From: Massalongia carnosa
Lineage: Eukaryota
Direction: 5' to 3'
Assembly: GCA_965645245.1 (NCBI GenBank)
Contig: OZ287067.1
Location: 2,790,001 to 2,854,000, forward strand
Length of the DNA: 64,000 nucleotides
Each line of letters opens with the position of its first letter. The first letter of the stretch is position 1. A model generated the notes under the pieces. The model made no database searches and had not been told where the DNA came from. It saw only the letters and a list, made by a program, of their open reading frames with translations. The translations under genes and the position numbers were made by a program. Of this stretch, positions 59,898 through 64,000 are shown piece after piece.

Positions 59898-60208
59898 ATG
59901 CCTCACTGGTCTTGCTGCCTCTGCTCCGAATTCAACCAGCCCACTCAGGAGAACTGCGGCGAATGCGTCCACCGCCGCTGCGGTTCCTGCAGCACCCACT
60001 ACGCGGTTCACTCCCGCCGCAGCAGTGCCTTTTGGGTATCTTTTTCTTCGCAAATGGCATTACCGGTACGTTTTTCTTCTGTCGGAGCCGCGCTACCGGT
60101 GTGCTAACGCTTAATGGGACGGGCTAGGATGACGACAACTATGACGACGATAGCCGTTTGAAGAAGGCTTGCGGGCATGTGGGGAGAGTGGCGTATGAGG
60201 GTACTTAG
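59898..60208 (+). CDS. Small Cys-rich zinc-ribbon-like protein (about 82 aa, 2 exons)
   Basis: W-S-CC-x-C...C-x2-C-x-H-x2-C-x2-C. An in-frame intron at 60066-60127 reads GTACGT...GCTAAC...TAG. Confidence 0.5.
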
Positions 60209-63117
60209 GTCCTGTGTGGGAGTTGTCGAGTTTCTGAGGCCGTTGATTGCATGAGCATTTCGTCGATGAGTTAGGGATAATGTCATGGTTTTTTTGTTGG
60301 ATCCCAGAGCCTTGGCTGGGAGTTTTGTTGTTCTTTTTTCGTTTTCCTTCTCTAGGGTATAGTTTAAAGAGCTAGATGCTCTTTATCCAATTACCGTTTT
60401 CAGCTACGAAAGGAAAGAAGAGCTAACCTAAACAGGAAAGAAAGAATAACCAAATAGAAGAGGGAAGAAAGATCGAGATGAACATTCGTCGTTCATGGTG
60501 ATGATGGTGAATTCATATTCCGTTGTGACATCAATCGAAACCTGGCTCGTTATGCGAGCTAAACTACCACATGAAAACCCTCTCCCAAAAAACCCCCCTA
60601 AAAAATCATATAACCTTGATAGCCTTCCAAGACTCCTTCGAGATCACCCTCGCATGATCCAATGCCAAGGACAACGAGACCCCGAAAGAAAGGAATAGAT
60701 GAAACGAAGGGACTGTTGACACGATATTTTGTACAGCCAATGAAAATCGAATCAGCGTGCCCTGTTCTTCGTTAGCCAGGCGGGTTAACTGATAGTTTGA
60801 CGAGTATGAGTCGATAGTCGATAGTTGTTCGTGCCCGCGGCGTTCATCTTTCGTCTTTCGCTTTTCATTACTTACCTTCATAACATCCCCACAGCCAACC
60901 AGCTCCTTTCCCATTCAACTAGGCAACACTGGCCACCTTTTGTCTCTCCAAGCAATATAATGAAATGAAATATAATATCAACTAACCGCCCGACTGATTG
61001 AACATTAGTTATCCCCTTCAAACGATCCCTTATTCTCTCTCTTTCCTTTCCACCCCCTCGAAATCGAACTCGAAACCGAAATCCATACCCTAGCAAATAA
61101 AACGCCTACCTTGCTTTTTTTCAAGGCCAGACTACATAAATACATAAATACATACCTGACTAATCTAGGATAATTTGTAGCGAACAATCCATAGAGATAT
61201 AACCAGAAAGGAACTCCAGGCTGTGCTGTGCGGGTCATCGGTCTGAGGTATTGATTCATCTCCCAATCAAGAAGTGGGTTTTGAGTTGATTTTGGGCCTC
61301 CAATCGCTCTAAAAAAAATCACTCAAGAGAGGGAAGGGATAGTTGAGGCCTGCACGCGGTGAAGTGGACTATGTTCTCCGAGATTTTATCTCCATAGAAT
61401 CTCCTCCCCCCTCCACCTTTATTGTCATCATGATCCCGAGGTTTAGAATCTTTGACGCTAATTATGAGCTTGGGCTGCTTGACAAGATATTCAACCTCCC
61501 TGTTTCTTTCTAATCTTCAAAAGTAAATGGGTAGGGAGATGGAGAGGTGGAGGTAGCAAAGACGGTAAAAATAGGTAGATGAGGCCGAGTTTGAGAGTGT
61601 GAAAGGAGCCTACTGTTGATTTTTCCAGTGTAAATAATAAACTTCGCACCTACACTAGAAACCTGACTCATTTCACTACCTACGTATTCTCATTTTCAAG
61701 CATCAGACTACCATGCTCCATCACTAGCATATAAATTTGCGATTCAACGTGCTGCCATCCATTAGATTAGCATGAATTCCTAGTCTCCCTTGTTAGAAAC
61801 CCTGCTTGGCTTTTACCTAGCGACGAGGCCCCCGAATCCCTATACACCCCCTACATGGAAGACGTTGTTCCTCGGTATATCCGCATCATTAGTCATCCGC
61901 ATTATGTGAAAATCTTCTAAGCCACGAGGTTCGTATATGTAGCTTCCGTAACCTCCGCCGTCTTGAATCGATCTCTTCCGTCTCAGACACCGAGACTGCT
62001 CGTCTTCTGCACAACAGCTCTCGCAAGGATTTTTCTAGCTTCACGGTCTTCGCGTTGATAAGCGGCACATATCGTGATAGGCTACTGAGATGACTTAGGA
62101 GTTAGAGGTCGAACGTCCTCAAGCCTTCAATCTCCAGAAACGGCCTTATCCAGAGCTTTTCTCGCCCGCCATAATGCTGGAGGGGGTCGGTGTCGCTCAA
62201 TGACGCCTTGAAGTGTCTTAGCCCTAGTAGTTTGGTCGCTACGATATGGAAAATACGGCGCCAGCCTTTCGGGCTGGCGAATTCGTCGTATTGAGGAAGA
62301 TAGCGACGTTGCTCGAAGTAAAAAACAGCCCAGCTGATATTTAACGTGGAGATAGTCGCAAATTTCGAGGGAGGATGTGTCGCGAGAAGTGAGAGAGGGT
62401 TGGCAGATGATCTATATCATGTTTTTTTCGCATAAATGATACCAATAGCTTCAATATATTTGCTGGCAGATTTGCAAAATGGACGTACTACACTCGAGAA
62501 ATATTCATAAAGCCGCCGCTCCAGATGGGATTTGACCACCTCGCTTGTTATAACCTTAGGGATGCTGTCCCCCAACCCAGTGGAGTCGTTCTGTGTCAGA
62601 GGACAGCATAAACGAAAGTAATGTGTTGATTACATGGAGTGGCAACTCCTATGCACAAGCCGTCTAGGAATGTAAAACTTATGTAAAGGGTTCCCTCCGA
62701 GCACATACGTGTAAATCTCCAAGCGCAACTCTGTAGGGAGACGATTAAGAAACAGGCAGTCCGCATTGAGGGTATATGGTAATGAGGTAGACAATCTTCC
62801 TCGTATTTTGGATGCTTTCCTTGGCTTGGTGGCTCACCTTTTTGTGTACACTTTGGTCAAGAAAGTTGCGTGAATCCATGGCAAGAACGGAAAACAGCAA
62901 CCCATGAAGCACATGAACCCCCCACCAACGATAAGCCCAGAGCATGCCATTTCAGAAGATGCAAGTCTTGAAAGATAAGAATACCACCAACAAGGAAATG
63001 CATATGTTTAGGTGCTCAATAGGTGGGAAGGTCGAGAAAAGCAAGGATGCCAAAAGCAACTGGACGTTTTAATAGAACTCTATTCGTGCCCCACACTTTC
63101 GCTCGGTCGACTCGCTT

Positions 63118-64000
63118 AGTGCTAGCCAGCCATACAGCCAGGACCAGCCATACAGCCAAAAATCAACTATCCTACATACATCGAGGTTTTTTTCAGCAAT
63201 TCCTTCATGATCATCATCCATCTTTTGTGACTATTCATGCTTCTAGTCATAAGCATCTTTCTATGCGCTTTTGACTGCCTAACCACTTTGGTAAGAGCCG
63301 TACAATAACGCTTTTCCCATGCGACGTTTCGCTCTTTCTCCCTTATCTCCTCCTGCTCCTCCCTACCACGAACCATTGAACGGGCCTCACCAACAGTAAG
63401 TACGCCTCCGTGATGAAGAATCTTATTGGCCTCTCGTTTACGAGCTTTCCGAGCAGTTTGGGCCTTGATTTGTTGTTCCCAGCGTTGTTCCAGAAGATCG
63501 CCTTTTCGAACCTCGGCAACAGCTCCCTTTACAAATTTGCTAACAATTTGTACGAGGTCATCCGAGCAAGCTGAATGCGTCATGATTTCTGTGGCTACTG
63601 TGGCCAACTGTCGCACGGTTCGAGGGGTTTCTTGTACAGATAGGGGGGCTGTATGAGACGGAGTTGACTCACGAGGAGGGGGAGGAAGAAGTTCTCGAAC
63701 TTTGTCGAGAACAATGCCTGGATTGAACGGAATCAAGCCTGTTTTTCTCCAAGCAGACTGTATGGTGGAAGGTTTAAAAGCCAGCGATCGAAACTTGCTA
63801 AATGCATTCAGAAATTCGACTTTGGAAAAGGTTTGATCTCCATTCTGAATTGCTTCATTGACGGCCTCCGAATGCCAGTGTTTCAGAGGTTGAAAAACAC
63901 ACACATCCAATGGTTGTAAGAGATGTGTGGTGTGAGATGGTAATCCGAATGGAATGATGTTTTTCGTTTCACAATATTCTAGAAATTCTCGAGTATGATG
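63118..64000 (-). mobile_element. pogo/Fot1-like DNA transposon, 3' end (continues beyond the window)
   Basis: Transposase C-terminus followed by a putative TIR at about 63118-63163, which contains a 15-bp direct repeat CCAGCCATACAGCCA (63126 and 63144) next to TA at 63117-18. Confidence 0.8.
63167..64000 (-). CDS. pogo/Fot1 (DDE_1) transposase, partial
   Basis: FLEYCETKNIIPFGLPSHTTHLLQPLDVCVFQPLK and IQSAWRKTGLIPFNP. Confidence 0.88.
   Translation of the reverse strand, partial: HHTREFLEYCETKNIIPFGLPSHTTHLLQPLDVCVFQPLKHWHSEAVNEAIQNGDQTFSKVEFLNAFSKFRSLAFKPSTIQSAWRKTGLIPFNPGIVLDKVRELLPPPPRESTPSHTAPLSVQETPRTVRQLATVATEIMTHSACSDDLVQIVSKFVKGAVAEVRKGDLLEQRWEQQIKAQTARKARKREANKILHHGGVLTVGEARSMVRGREEQEEIREKERNVAWEKRYCTALTKVVRQSKAHRKMLMTRSMNSHKRWMMIMKELLKKTSMYVG

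Noticed and set aside
1..64000. tRNA, rRNA, CRISPR arrays, LTR retroelements, telomeric repeats
   Set aside because: None recognised by eye. tRNAscan-SE and Infernal would be needed to exclude small RNAs.

Overview
Eukaryotic DNA from a filamentous ascomycete (Pezizomycotina, inferred from short GT-AG introns with CTAAC/CTGAC branch sites and from the gene content). From 1 to about 48 kb it is a dense run of housekeeping genes: amino-acid/choline permease, PPX1, a PBP2/NMT1-like protein, YAH1, UGO1, RRP15, SRP54, TAF11, COG2, GUS1, MRPL1, hapX, OXA1, MIM1, SHP1, GUA1, CFD1, TAF6, SDH3 and an MDR oxidoreductase. These are interleaved with decayed accessory genes and an intact Tc1/impala-like DD34E transposon. 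From about 48 to 64 kb the window is accessory, with small Cys-rich proteins, a possible PIF/Harbinger end, the 3' end of a pogo/Fot1 element, and two apparently identical 2167-bp piggyBac-transposase elements. The two elements sit tail-to-tail, 19 bp apart excluding TSDs, and form a 4.36-kb palindrome. All four junctions read TA|TCCC...GGGA|TA, which fits a 2-bp TA target duplication rather than the canonical piggyBac TTAA. All family calls rest on recognised motifs and manual reading; no database searches were run.
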